This document shows positions 1 through 9,049 of a DNA stretch of 64,000 nt, one piece after another (the stretch's first letter is position 1; every line of letters begins with the position of its first letter). A program made the translations under genes and the position numbers. The notes under the pieces are model-generated. The model did no database searches and was not told the DNA's origin. It was given only the letters and a program-made list of their open reading frames with translations. Origin of the DNA: Nitrospira sp. (GTDB taxonomy: Bacteria > Nitrospirota > Nitrospiria > Nitrospirales > Nitrospiraceae); the NCBI GenBank assembly GCA_047150005.1, contig AP038806.1, positions 1,088,001 to 1,152,000 of the forward strand. Direction: 5' to 3'.

Positions 1-1125
1 GCGGGCTATCTGGAGGATCGGGACATTGGCACGCTGCTGGCCGGCCTCGACGCGGAGGTCCGCGGGACGCCGGTGTTCCGATCCGGGCGCGAGAATCCGC
101 AACTGTTCGACCTGTCGCAACAGCTCGGGGATCTGAAGCACTACCTTGACGAGTTGGCGATCTCGCTGGACACCACGCCGAACGAGGCGATCAAGCAGCT
201 CTTGGAGCAGCAGCGGCAGAGGCCGACTGCGCCAACCGAGGGCGAGACGTTCACGCAGGCCCGCGAGCCGGCCGTTGTCTTGACGGGGCACGAGCTGGGC
301 GAGTTCGGGTCAGAGGTGAAGGCGTGGAAGCAGGCGGGCTTGGCATTTTACCGCACCTTGCAGGAGGGCCCCCCGGCGCATCACCCGGTCTTAGGAGACG
401 TCGCGTTTACTCGGGTCGGACAAAACAAGCTGCGGCATATCAGTGCGACGCCGCTTCGGTGGCAAATGCTTCCTGGTCTCCGTGAGATTGTCGCTCGTGC
501 CGAGTTGCGTGATACCCAGCCGGCGCACGGGCGGCGCGACAGCATTGTCGCCTTTCACTGGCTGGAGACGACGGTCCGTGTCGGCGAGCGGGACTATCGG
601 GTCGGGGTGCACGTCGCGGAGGATGTGAACGGGAGGAAATTTTACAATCTCAACGAAGATCTTCAGGCCTGGCGGCAGAAATATCAAACCCCTGAGCGGA
701 CCCAAGCATTCAACCTCGGGGCCCAGGGGTCTGCGGCTCCAGAGGGAGCCCAAGATCACCAACTCGGGTCTCAGGAGCCTGAAGAAGGCGAGCCCGACGG
801 CCCAACCTTCTTCCAGAGTGTACCGCCAACCGAGAACGGAATCAACCTCGCGATTCAGCCCCTCCAGCAGTCGGCCGGCGACGACGCCAAGGGCGCGATC
901 ACCTTCGGCCGCGGGCAGATCAATATTCAGCTGCTCGAAGGCGCCGACCTCTCCACGTTCATTCACGAGACCGGGCACCTGTACCTCAACGAGCTCATCG
1001 ACGATGCCCTGACGCCGGGCACGCCGGAGGCGCTCCGGCAGGATCTCGAGGCGTGGGCCCAGAAATACCAAACCCCTGGGGGGACCGCGCCATTCAATGC
1101 ACGGGGCCAGGGGCAAGACCCCTGA
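1..1125 (+). CDS. 3' part of a phage large polyvalent protein (LPD3/BECR-like nuclease domain followed by a zincin-like metallopeptidase motif); truncated or frameshifted at the 3' end
   Basis: Frame +1 is open from base 1. The segment ...FHWLETTVRVGERDYRVGVHVAEDVNGRKFYNL resembles the beta-rich BECR/LPD3 C-terminus. KGAITF...ADLSTFIHETGH (HExxH) is typical of polyvalent-protein metallopeptidases. The homologous tail continues in another frame (1097..1285). Confidence 0.6.
   Translation, partial: AGYLEDRDIGTLLAGLDAEVRGTPVFRSGRENPQLFDLSQQLGDLKHYLDELAISLDTTPNEAIKQLLEQQRQRPTAPTEGETFTQAREPAVVLTGHELGEFGSEVKAWKQAGLAFYRTLQEGPPAHHPVLGDVAFTRVGQNKLRHISATPLRWQMLPGLREIVARAELRDTQPAHGRRDSIVAFHWLETTVRVGERDYRVGVHVAEDVNGRKFYNLNEDLQAWRQKYQTPERTQAFNLGAQGSAAPEGAQDHQLGSQEPEEGEPDGPTFFQSVPPTENGINLAIQPLQQSAGDDAKGAITFGRGQINIQLLEGADLSTFIHETGHLYLNELIDDALTPGTPEALRQDLEAWAQKYQTPGGTAPFNARGQGQDP
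680..811 (-). ncRNA. putative structured antisense RNA, copy 1 (leader hairpin, two 41-nt hairpin units, U-rich tail)
   Basis: Minus-strand promoter TTGATT-17-TACACT lies upstream. Hairpins at 781-813, 737-777 and 689-729 have G-U pairs that work only on the minus strand. The tail reads UUUGAUAUUUC. Confidence 0.6.
817..845 (-). promoter_or_regulatory. sigma70-like antisense promoter (-35 TTGATT, 17 nt, -10 TACACT)
   Basis: Reverse complement of agtgta-ccgccaaccgagaacgg-aatcaa; conserved in the second copy. Confidence 0.6.
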
Positions 1126-1241
1126 GGGGGCCCAGGACTTCAAACCTGGGAATCAGGGGTCTGCGGCCCCTGAGAATTCCCGCGCATCCGAACACGGGGC
1201 CCAGGGGCCTGAGGAAGGCGAGCCCGGCGGCCCGACCTTCT
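1063..1241 (-). ncRNA. putative structured antisense RNA, copy 2 (leader hairpin, three 41-nt hairpin units, U-rich tail)
   Basis: Hairpins at 1211-1243, 1167-1207, 1119-1159 and 1073-1113 have the same geometry as copy 1, with compensatory base changes. Confidence 0.6.
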
Positions 1242-1246
1242 TCGAA

Positions 1247-1275
1247 AGTGTACCGCCAGAGGCGGACGGGATCAA
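1247..1275 (-). promoter_or_regulatory. sigma70-like antisense promoter (-35 TTGATC, 17 nt, -10 TACACT)
   Basis: Reverse complement of agtgta-ccgccagaggcggacgg-gatcaa. Confidence 0.6.
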
Positions 1276-1322
1276 CTCTTCTTGACACGTCGAGTGAGTG
1301 GGAGTATTACAGTCATGACATT

Positions 1323-2021
1323 ATGACCGCTCAACCTACAAATCGGGCTGTCGGATACGTCCGGGTCAGTACCGAGCATCAAGTGCAGGAAGGGATCAGC
1401 CTCGAGGCGCAGCAGACCCGCATCCGGGCCTGGTGCGAGGCCAACGGCTATGCCCTGGACAATGTTCACATCGACGCCGGCCTTTCCGGCTTTCGATCGG
1501 ACAATCGCCCGGCGCTCTTGGCGGCTTTGAGTGAAGCCTGCCGGGCAAAAGCCGCCCTGGTGGTGTATAGCCTCAGCCGCCTGGCTCGATCCACGAAAGA
1601 TGCCATCGCGATCAGTGAGCGGCTGGCCAAGAACGGGGCAGACCTCGTCAGTCTGAGCGAGCGGATTGATACCACGTCAGCAGCGGGCAAGATGATCTTC
1701 CGCATGCTGGCCGTGCTCGCCGAGTTCGAGCGTGATCAGATTAGCGAGCGCACCAAGGCCGCAATGGCGCATCTCCGCCGCCAACGGCGCCGGGTGAGTC
1801 GCCATATCCCCTACGGCTTCTTTCTCGCCGCGGATGGGAAAACGCTCCTTCCGAACGAGACCGAACAGCAGACCCTGGCCCAGATCCGCGCCCTCCGATT
1901 GGAAGGCCTTTCCCTTCGGCAGATCGCGGCGCGACTCACTCGTGATGGGATTCGCACGAAATACGGCCGACCCTGGGCGGCCAAGGTGATTCATGGGCTC
2001 TTACACAGGGAGGTGGCATGA
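1323..2021 (+). CDS. serine recombinase (resolvase domain plus C-terminal recombinase/HTH domain)
   Basis: Motifs GYVRVST, DAGLSG..RPAL, YSLSRLAR and EFERDQISERT. Confidence 0.92.
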   Translation: MTAQPTNRAVGYVRVSTEHQVQEGISLEAQQTRIRAWCEANGYALDNVHIDAGLSGFRSDNRPALLAALSEACRAKAALVVYSLSRLARSTKDAIAISERLAKNGADLVSLSERIDTTSAAGKMIFRMLAVLAEFERDQISERTKAAMAHLRRQRRRVSRHIPYGFFLAADGKTLLPNETEQQTLAQIRALRLEGLSLRQIAARLTRDGIRTKYGRPWAAKVIHGLLHREVA

Positions 2022-2287
2022 GGAAGAAACCTGGACGCTCGAACGATCGTTTTAAAGCCGTAACTGAAGGCTTTCGTCGGCTCACACCCGAACGCCTGGA
2101 GTCGATCCTGGCGAAACGACAGAAGATGCAGATGCGCGTCTCTGAGTCGGACAAAGCCGACATCGCGGCCACAGCCAAGTGGTTACAGCTCACGGCGACG
2201 GAATATTTGCTTCGCCTGCACTATCTCGCCGCAATGCTGTTAGCCGAACGCATGGGACGAGTCCCGCGAGGCCGCACCAATCGATAG
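2018..2287 (+). CDS. small basic putative DNA-binding (RHH-like) protein
   Basis: ATGA overlap with the recombinase stop; GGAGG RBS; the pattern MQMRVSESDKADI..TA. Confidence 0.5.
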   Translation: MRKKPGRSNDRFKAVTEGFRRLTPERLESILAKRQKMQMRVSESDKADIAATAKWLQLTATEYLLRLHYLAAMLLAERMGRVPRGRTNR

Positions 2288-2380
2288 GAATGGGGGATCG
2301 GCTGATCCGTTACCTGCTCGAGCAGTATTTCAATGGCAAGGGGGCGGCGTAACCCACAACCCAAACCCAAGGAGGGCACC

Positions 2381-2725
2381 ATGGAAACCTTAGCCGTTGT
2401 AAAGACAGACCTTAAGAATACTCGTCTTGAACTGCAAGGACGTATAGCGGTGAGGCACCCAGACGGGACCGTTGAGGAACAGTGCAAAGGGCATCTGAGC
2501 GTTGAGGGGTTTGCAGACGAAGCGGAGCGTGCAGTCGGCATTCTGCAAGAGGTGGTCAGCCGTTTGGGGCTGCTGCTGACAGCCGCAGCCGGAAGCGAAC
2601 AAGTGCCTGCGGATCAGGTGAGAGTGTGTGTTGAGGACGTTCTCCAAGAACTGAAACCTTCGTCCACGATCCACTGGTACATTCGGAATACTGCCGAGGC
2701 GTTCAGGAATGCTGAAGGCCTATAA
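2381..2725 (+). CDS. hypothetical phage protein
   Basis: AAGGAGG RBS before the ATG at 2381. Confidence 0.55.
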   Translation: METLAVVKTDLKNTRLELQGRIAVRHPDGTVEEQCKGHLSVEGFADEAERAVGILQEVVSRLGLLLTAAAGSEQVPADQVRVCVEDVLQELKPSSTIHWYIRNTAEAFRNAEGL

Positions 2726-2832
2726 GAGAGGGCAGCCCCCTGAACATGAGACAATTTCGCAGCCCGAGCAACGACCAACCGAGAATGGTCCGGATTCGGA
2801 GCCGCCTCTAACCAACACCGAGGAGGACAATA

Positions 2833-3177
2833 ATGGAAGCGACACTGACTGAAGTTAACGACGAGCAGCTGAAGGAAAAGGAGGCGGCGGACCGCCAAAG
2901 AGTTTGGCGGGAGACAGCGCTCACGAAGGACCTACTCTTTCACGGCCGTGATGAAGCGGGACGGACCGGATGGTTTCTCCGGCTGGCAGTGAGCGGGCTA
3001 TACCCTCGTCGGATTGGCCCCTTCCAGACCCAGCGGCAGGCCCTCGAGGTCTTGGAGGAGTTCATCGCAGACATCCAAACCCGCACGCTATGCGACGTCG
3101 AGAATAATCTGGAGGAGCACCAGGTGTATGTCGCGGAAGGTGTTCCGGTGTTACGGGGAGAGCATGACTGTCCGTGA
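2833..3177 (+). CDS. hypothetical phage protein
   Basis: GAGGAGG RBS; overlaps the next gene. Confidence 0.6.
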   Translation: MEATLTEVNDEQLKEKEAADRQRVWRETALTKDLLFHGRDEAGRTGWFLRLAVSGLYPRRIGPFQTQRQALEVLEEFIADIQTRTLCDVENNLEEHQVYVAEGVPVLRGEHDCP

Positions 3178-4975
3178 GCTGATCCAGGCGTATCAAGCGG
3201 CGGACACCCCGCGCCAACGAGACGAAGACCGGCTGGCGTGGTGGTGGATCGAGCAACTGGGCGACTGTCCGGCGCCGGCCCTCACAACTGAACAGATCCA
3301 ACAGCACATCCAGACCCCTATCCATCGCCGGCGGAGTCCCTGGACCAGCAATTTCTATCTCCGCTTTCTCCGTCGGGTCTGTGCCTGGGCCGTGCAGAGA
3401 TCCATTCTGCTCGCGGATCCTTGCGCCACCATTCCACTGCCCAAAGATCGCCCGGTCACGCTCCGGGTGCTCACGGAAGACGAAGAAGGCCGACTCTGTG
3501 AAGAACTCGGCCAGCCCTACGCCTTGTGGGTTCGGGTTGCCATCCAGACGGGGCTTGAGCAATCCGTGCAGTTTGCCGTGCAATGGCAGGACGTGCACCT
3601 CGAGCGGGCGTGGTGCCAGATCGCCCGGCCACATCCTCGCAAGGTGCCGCTGTCAGCGGAGGCGGTCCTGATCCTCCGCGAGTTGCAGCAGATTCATCCA
3701 CCCTCAGTGTGGGTCTTCCCGGATCTCCGCGATCCGACTCGGCCCGCCAATATCCATAGTTTCTATGTCCGGCGCTGGGAAACCGCCCTCCGACGGGCAG
3801 GAATTCCGCGGTGCGCTTGGAAGGACCTGCGTCATACGTGTGGTGTCCGACTGGCAAAACAGGGCATGCGTCCTGCGGAGATTGCGGCCCGTCTGGGACA
3901 ACGTGAGTTGCGGCAATGCTACTACTATCGAGCCTGGCAGCCGGGAACTCCGTATGTCGCTCGGCACGCGGTGCGCAAGAACGGACTGGTCTTCGCTGAT
4001 CTGGCTGCACGCCAGTTACAGCAACTTCTCACACGCGATCACCGCAGCGCCCCGCTGACGTTCCACGAGTTGTGTCATCTCTATGCCGTCCATCAACTGC
4101 GGCATCGACCGTCACGGCCGCAGTTCGATCGGATCTTTCGGCAGTCGTTTCAGCACTGGAGCGGCCGACCGGCGGAGTCCGTGACGCGGAAGGAAATCCG
4201 AGCCTGGCATGCGAGCCTGGCATCGCGTCCCAGTCATGCGAATAAGGCGCTCACGTTTCTCCGGAGCGCGTACAATCTCGCCAGTGACTTTGAGCTCATC
4301 ACCTGCGCGAACCCCACGCTGCGCATTAAGCGGTATCCCAGCGCACCGCGGGAGCGCTTTCTGGTTTTGGATGAGACGAAACGGTTTCTTGATGGACTTC
4401 AGTACCTGCCCCTCAAGCAGCGGGCCTACCTTCTGACGCTCTTCTTGACCGGGGCGCGCAAGTCTGAAGTCCGGACCATGCAGTGGCACGAGATCGATTT
4501 TCAGACCCGGCTCTGGCGCAAGCCAACCACCAAGACCGGCGTCTCCCATCTCGTGCCGGTCCCCGTCCAAGCGATCGAGATGCTCCAGCAACTCCCTCGG
4601 AACAGTCCATGGATCTTTCGCGGCACGAAGGGCCGACCGTGGAGCGCGCAGACCGTCGATACGTTTTGGCATGTGTTCCGCCGGCGGTGGAAACTCGAAG
4701 ATATCCGGCTGCACGATCTCCGACGCACCTGCGCGTCCTATCTGGCGATCAGCGGCGAAAACCTGCCGACGATTCAGAATGTCCTCAACCACCGAAACCT
4801 GACCCATACCAGTATCTACGCTCGATTGAACGTGAAGGCGGTCGATCGAGCGCTGCAGCGGCAAGCCGATCGACTCTTCGGGATCGGTCAGAACGAGATC
4901 TCGATTCGTGAAATGCACCCGATGATCATCGATCGGTCCGGTACTGAAGGCGAGAGGGTCTCTCATGGTCAATGA
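3164..4975 (+). CDS. tyrosine recombinase with two tandem integrase units
   Basis: Unit 1 has TGLEQS / KDLRHT / LGQ. Unit 2 has TGARKSE / HDLRRT / LNH..T.IY. GGGGAG RBS before the ATG at 3164. Confidence 0.85.
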   Translation: MTVRELIQAYQAADTPRQRDEDRLAWWWIEQLGDCPAPALTTEQIQQHIQTPIHRRRSPWTSNFYLRFLRRVCAWAVQRSILLADPCATIPLPKDRPVTLRVLTEDEEGRLCEELGQPYALWVRVAIQTGLEQSVQFAVQWQDVHLERAWCQIARPHPRKVPLSAEAVLILRELQQIHPPSVWVFPDLRDPTRPANIHSFYVRRWETALRRAGIPRCAWKDLRHTCGVRLAKQGMRPAEIAARLGQRELRQCYYYRAWQPGTPYVARHAVRKNGLVFADLAARQLQQLLTRDHRSAPLTFHELCHLYAVHQLRHRPSRPQFDRIFRQSFQHWSGRPAESVTRKEIRAWHASLASRPSHANKALTFLRSAYNLASDFELITCANPTLRIKRYPSAPRERFLVLDETKRFLDGLQYLPLKQRAYLLTLFLTGARKSEVRTMQWHEIDFQTRLWRKPTTKTGVSHLVPVPVQAIEMLQQLPRNSPWIFRGTKGRPWSAQTVDTFWHVFRRRWKLEDIRLHDLRRTCASYLAISGENLPTIQNVLNHRNLTHTSIYARLNVKAVDRALQRQADRLFGIGQNEISIREMHPMIIDRSGTEGERVSHGQ

Positions 4976-5178
4976 AGATGAAGCCCCCCCTCAATGGGAG
5001 TCGCGAGGCATCGAGCTGTCGCGGATACATTTATCGGGGCCTGACCGAGGTTGCCGTGACCACGGGAATTGATTAGGTTCCACCATGGGAGGCGAACGGC
5101 TGGCCTCATGAACCAGCCGGCGGCGTAATCCTGATCGCTGCGCCTCCCACCTCTGACCAGGACCCCGACAGGAGGGGG

Positions 5179-5895
5179 ATGGCAAAGTCTCCACGAAGTC
5201 GATATCAACGCAAGGCCTGGGTCGATCATTTTCGAACGGAATATCTTGTTCCGTTCAGCCAGCAAAAAGAAATTACCGGTCGTCAGGATCTCGCCCGCCG
5301 AGCACTCGTTCGCGGACTGCTAACCTATTTGTCAGTGCCAAAACGTCGATGGAAAGTCGAAAAGTACGCCGGTGAATGGATTGAGGATGGGTTGCTGGAG
5401 TTTCTTGATCAGGTCATGGCCAGGAAGATGGGTGCAGAAATCGATGGCCAATATAACGGCCTGAAAAAGCGCAAGGCCAGAGAGCAGACAAGGGAAGAAA
5501 AGATAGCAGAAACTCATGAGGAGATCACCCGGATCGCCAATACTGTCAGTACTATCATGAGCGACCTACTGCATCATCCTCACCGCTTGACGCTTGAGCG
5601 TGAGTCGGATTGGCTAATTCAGGGAGCCCTGAAGAAAGCGCCGATCAAGGAGAGCGAGCGATGCCGGACTTGGCTTGAGAACAACTTACCTCTTCTGCTA
5701 CGCCAGTTGAACGACTTCAGCCGTTGTGGCTTCCTCGATTGTCCAAGAAGAACCACTATGCCGCACAACGCTGAGCTAAGGAGATGGACGAACTCGTCTC
5801 GTGGTATCGGCGCGTTGCGTTTTCACATCTTGGCCCACTTCCACCACTCCACGTTCGATTCAGTTGAACGAGCCTTTTCCCCTCGCGCCACATAA
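5179..5895 (+). CDS. hypothetical protein
   Basis: 238-aa ORF with GGAGG RBS. Confidence 0.55.
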   Translation: MAKSPRSRYQRKAWVDHFRTEYLVPFSQQKEITGRQDLARRALVRGLLTYLSVPKRRWKVEKYAGEWIEDGLLEFLDQVMARKMGAEIDGQYNGLKKRKAREQTREEKIAETHEEITRIANTVSTIMSDLLHHPHRLTLERESDWLIQGALKKAPIKESERCRTWLENNLPLLLRQLNDFSRCGFLDCPRRTTMPHNAELRRWTNSSRGIGALRFHILAHFHHSTFDSVERAFSPRAT

Positions 5896-6058
5896 TCTCA
5901 ATAGTTGTCTCTCATACAGGTGTTGGCCCTTGGCAGTCAGGTGGAACGGTAGAGGGTCCATATTTGCGGGTTATGAATTTGGCCGAACAGCGTATTCTCG
6001 TCAGCGAACGTCAGCAGTGCTGACGAACACACAGTGAGCACGAAAAGGGAGCAATCCA

Positions 6059-6277
6059 ATGCCGTCAGAAGATCTTCCCGTGCGTGCCAAAGAGTGCGCA
6101 CCAATGGTTGGGACATCCGTCAGTTGTCTCTACCGCATGGCACGACAGAATATCGTTCCTGTTCAGCGAACCGGCGTCAAAGGCCGAGGCGTGAGATTCA
6201 TACCCAGAGAAGTAAGAGCGGCGCTAGCAGCGCGTCCAGCGTGGTCAGGAACTTCGAACACCACTCAGGAAAAGTGA
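6059..6277 (+). CDS. excisionase/AlpA-like HTH protein
   Basis: AKECAPMVGTSVSCLYRMARQNIVP...GVRF winged-HTH pattern. Confidence 0.7.
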   Translation: MPSEDLPVRAKECAPMVGTSVSCLYRMARQNIVPVQRTGVKGRGVRFIPREVRAALAARPAWSGTSNTTQEK

Positions 6278-6285
6278 GGTGACGT

Positions 6286-8565
6286 TTGCCGCAAGTCCCA
6301 CGCGAACAAGCGACGGTGTTGCCGGGTGCGGTGCCAGGGGTGCGTGTGGCCCCCGTGGCCACGCCGCAGGCCTTCGGCGCCGGCCTCGCCGGGGTCGGCG
6401 AGGATCTCGGCTTGGCCGTCTTCAGTAAGGCGACGCTGTCGGCCAATGACAGCGCCGTGACGGCGGCCGATCGGCGACTGTCGCAGTCGGAAACGGAACT
6501 GCATCTCCGCATGCTGGACCTCCGCGGCCGGGACGCCGCCGGCGCCGTCGATCTGCTCAACGACGAATGGCGGAAGGCCGTCGAGGGCATCGAGGAGCAG
6601 GAGATTCATAACGAGCAGCAACGGCAGGCGTTTCGGCGTGCCGCGTCGCAGCGCTATGGCGCGCTGAATAAGGCCGCCCAGACGCATGCGTTCCAAGAGA
6701 CGCGCCGCTGGCAGAACGAGGAAACCGAGGCCTATATCAAAACCTCGCAAGACAATGCGCGCCTGTATGCTCCGACGGATCTCGACAAGGTGGAGGCCGA
6801 AAAGGCCCGGCAGCGGAGCGCGTTTGTGCAGTGGGCCGAGCGGAACGGCCTCGGGCAGTGGGCGGACGAGGTCCCGGCCGGTCCGGGCGAGCCGACGCCG
6901 AACCCGCGGTCACATGACTGGATCGGGCTGCTGTCACCGGGCGAAGTGGCCGAGGGCCGGATCGCCGACGAGAACGCGGTGCGCGGGCCGGGCATGTTCG
7001 TCGAAGGGGGGCAGGCGGCGCAACGCACGTTCAAGGAGACGCCGGAAGCGAAGCAACGATGGGCGGAGATCCTCTCGCAGACGAATACCGAGGTCGTCAA
7101 GGGACTGCTGCAGAAAGGGTTAGATCAGGACGCGAAGGCCTATTACGAGGCGAACGAACGGGACTTTACGGCGACCGATCGGGACCACATCGTGCCGGCG
7201 ATCACGGAGGGGAGCACCCGGGGGCAGGCCTTGGGGATCTCGCGCTTCATCACTGCGGAGCAGATGACCCGCACGCAGGCGCTCAAGGCACTCGACGGGA
7301 TCACGGATCCGAAGCTGCACGCCGCGGCGCGGGACCTGGTGATGCAGCGGTTCGGCGATCAAGAGGTGGCCGACGAGAAGGGCGCCCACACGGAAGCCGA
7401 CCGCCGGGCGGAACAGATCATCGGCGCCCAGTTTGACCGCAAGACGGCGCTCGAGCACGTGACGGCGATCCCGAACGCCCGAGTCCGGAAGCTCGTCCGG
7501 GATCAGGTCGTCCAACAGTTCGGCGATACGGAGGTCGCGACCGAGGCCGACGCCAAGGCGGGCGCGGCCCGGCAGGCCAAGACCGTCGTCAGCGGCCAGA
7601 TGAGCCGGACCGACGCGCTCGCGTTTATTGATGGCCTGGAGGATCCGAAGCTCCAGAAGTTCACACGGGAGCTGGTCCTGCAACACTTCCAGGATCAAGA
7701 GGCGGCCGAGAAACGGGCGCATGAGCAACGATTCGACAGCGCGAAGCAGCTCGTCGATCAGGCGATCGGCGCCAGTCCGAGCCGGGAGGTCAACCCGCGG
7801 CTCGTGGTCGGGCCGGACGTCTGGGTCGGGCTCACGCCAGCCGAGCAAACCTCCCTGAATCACATCGCCCGGGAAGCCTTGCATCCGACCGATCGGCCGA
7901 ACAGTGACAACAAGTGGTTCGAGTTCCATTCGATCCTGACGCACGAGCAGGTCGCGAATCTGTCCCCGTCGGACTATCGGACCAAGTATCGCGATCACTT
8001 TTCCAACGAGTACCGGAGGGCCGCGGACACCTATTACAACCAGATCCGCAATGCCATGGCCAGAAAAGACGCGAGGGATCCTGAACTCTCGGCGACACAG
8101 ACCTTTAAGGATCAAGTGGAAGATGCATTTCGCACATCCGGCTTGCTCGGGAGCGTCAACGAACCCTTGGCGAAGTGGAGTGACGAGGAGCGCACACGCT
8201 ACGTCAAGTTCGAGCGCCAGGCGGCGGCTGCGATCGAACAAGAGGAGCTGGCCAAAGGCAAGAAGCTCACGCCGACAGAAAAGCAGGCAGTAATCACGAA
8301 CATCAAGGACGAGGCGATCAAGCAGGTCTGGATCAAGAAGGGCTTCTTTGGCTTCGAAACCCAGACGCCCAAGATCGATTTGGAAGAAAACCAAAAGGGG
8401 CAAGCGGTCGTGCCGCTCGACAAGATCCCGGACGGCGAGCTGACCGAATTGCGGCACTACATCACCTCGAAGGGCAAGACCGTCACGACGGACAAGCTCC
8501 GGCGCGCCTATGCGCAGCGCATCTTGCGCAACCGGCAGGCCTTCGAGGCGATCGTCAATGAGTGA
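6286..8565 (+). CDS. phage internal virion / DNA-ejection-like protein
   Basis: 759 aa, predicted helical. The N-terminus MPQVP...PQAFGAGLAG resembles podophage ejection proteins. It contains three 56-aa internal repeats. Confidence 0.5.
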   Translation: MPQVPREQATVLPGAVPGVRVAPVATPQAFGAGLAGVGEDLGLAVFSKATLSANDSAVTAADRRLSQSETELHLRMLDLRGRDAAGAVDLLNDEWRKAVEGIEEQEIHNEQQRQAFRRAASQRYGALNKAAQTHAFQETRRWQNEETEAYIKTSQDNARLYAPTDLDKVEAEKARQRSAFVQWAERNGLGQWADEVPAGPGEPTPNPRSHDWIGLLSPGEVAEGRIADENAVRGPGMFVEGGQAAQRTFKETPEAKQRWAEILSQTNTEVVKGLLQKGLDQDAKAYYEANERDFTATDRDHIVPAITEGSTRGQALGISRFITAEQMTRTQALKALDGITDPKLHAAARDLVMQRFGDQEVADEKGAHTEADRRAEQIIGAQFDRKTALEHVTAIPNARVRKLVRDQVVQQFGDTEVATEADAKAGAARQAKTVVSGQMSRTDALAFIDGLEDPKLQKFTRELVLQHFQDQEAAEKRAHEQRFDSAKQLVDQAIGASPSREVNPRLVVGPDVWVGLTPAEQTSLNHIAREALHPTDRPNSDNKWFEFHSILTHEQVANLSPSDYRTKYRDHFSNEYRRAADTYYNQIRNAMARKDARDPELSATQTFKDQVEDAFRTSGLLGSVNEPLAKWSDEERTRYVKFERQAAAAIEQEELAKGKKLTPTEKQAVITNIKDEAIKQVWIKKGFFGFETQTPKIDLEENQKGQAVVPLDKIPDGELTELRHYITSKGKTVTTDKLRRAYAQRILRNRQAFEAIVNE

Positions 8566-8902
8566 CCTCGAGCGATTCCTTCTGCAGGAACCTGCGGCAG
8601 CGCCACCGATCCTGCTGCGCCTGATGGTGACGACTGGCCTTCCCTGGGAGTTTCTCGAAGGCCACGTGGATTATGTCGAGAGTCACGTGCAGAAGCCTGA
8701 TTTTGATCGGGTCGCGTTCCGGCGAACATCGCCGGTATTTGCCGCCTGGGTTGCGCAGCATCCGACCTACACCGCGGCCGTATCGGAGGCTCCCGTGCGG
8801 CGTCGCGTTGTTCGGCAGCGTGTCAGGTCTCTTGTCGACATGCTGAAGCGTATCTGCGCCCGGAGGAGAACTCTGGAGATGGAAGAGTCCCGAAGATCTT
8901 AA
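8558..8902 (+). CDS. hypothetical protein, possibly a truncated N-terminus of a phage structural protein
   Basis: Start overlaps the end of the previous gene (ATGAGTGA). Confidence 0.4.
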   Translation: MSDLERFLLQEPAAAPPILLRLMVTTGLPWEFLEGHVDYVESHVQKPDFDRVAFRRTSPVFAAWVAQHPTYTAAVSEAPVRRRVVRQRVRSLVDMLKRICARRRTLEMEESRRS

Positions 8903-9049
8903 GAGAGGCAAAAACAAAACGCCGCGCCTGAGCTGGGAACTCGAGGCGCGGCTTTATGGAGAAACATGCGTGATGACGATCCTACCTGAGACCAATCTTC
9001 AACTCAACATCGTCGAGACAGTCGAGATCCTTGATCGAGGGAGGGAGTA

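Noticed and set aside
689..1210. CRISPR or TIGR array interpretation of the repeats
   Set aside because: The apparent spacers are related to each other and self-complementary, and the repeats are not identical. No cas or Nop-domain gene is in the window. A hairpin-unit model fits better.
655..1285. DGR template/variable repeat pair
   Set aside because: Differences are not confined to adenines and include indels and unit-number change. No reverse transcriptase is seen.
7120..8457. 445-aa minus-strand ORF (likewise 18633..19934, 13717..14847, 29181..30338, 61857..63143)
   Set aside because: These are antisense shadows of real genes in high-GC DNA, with no motifs.
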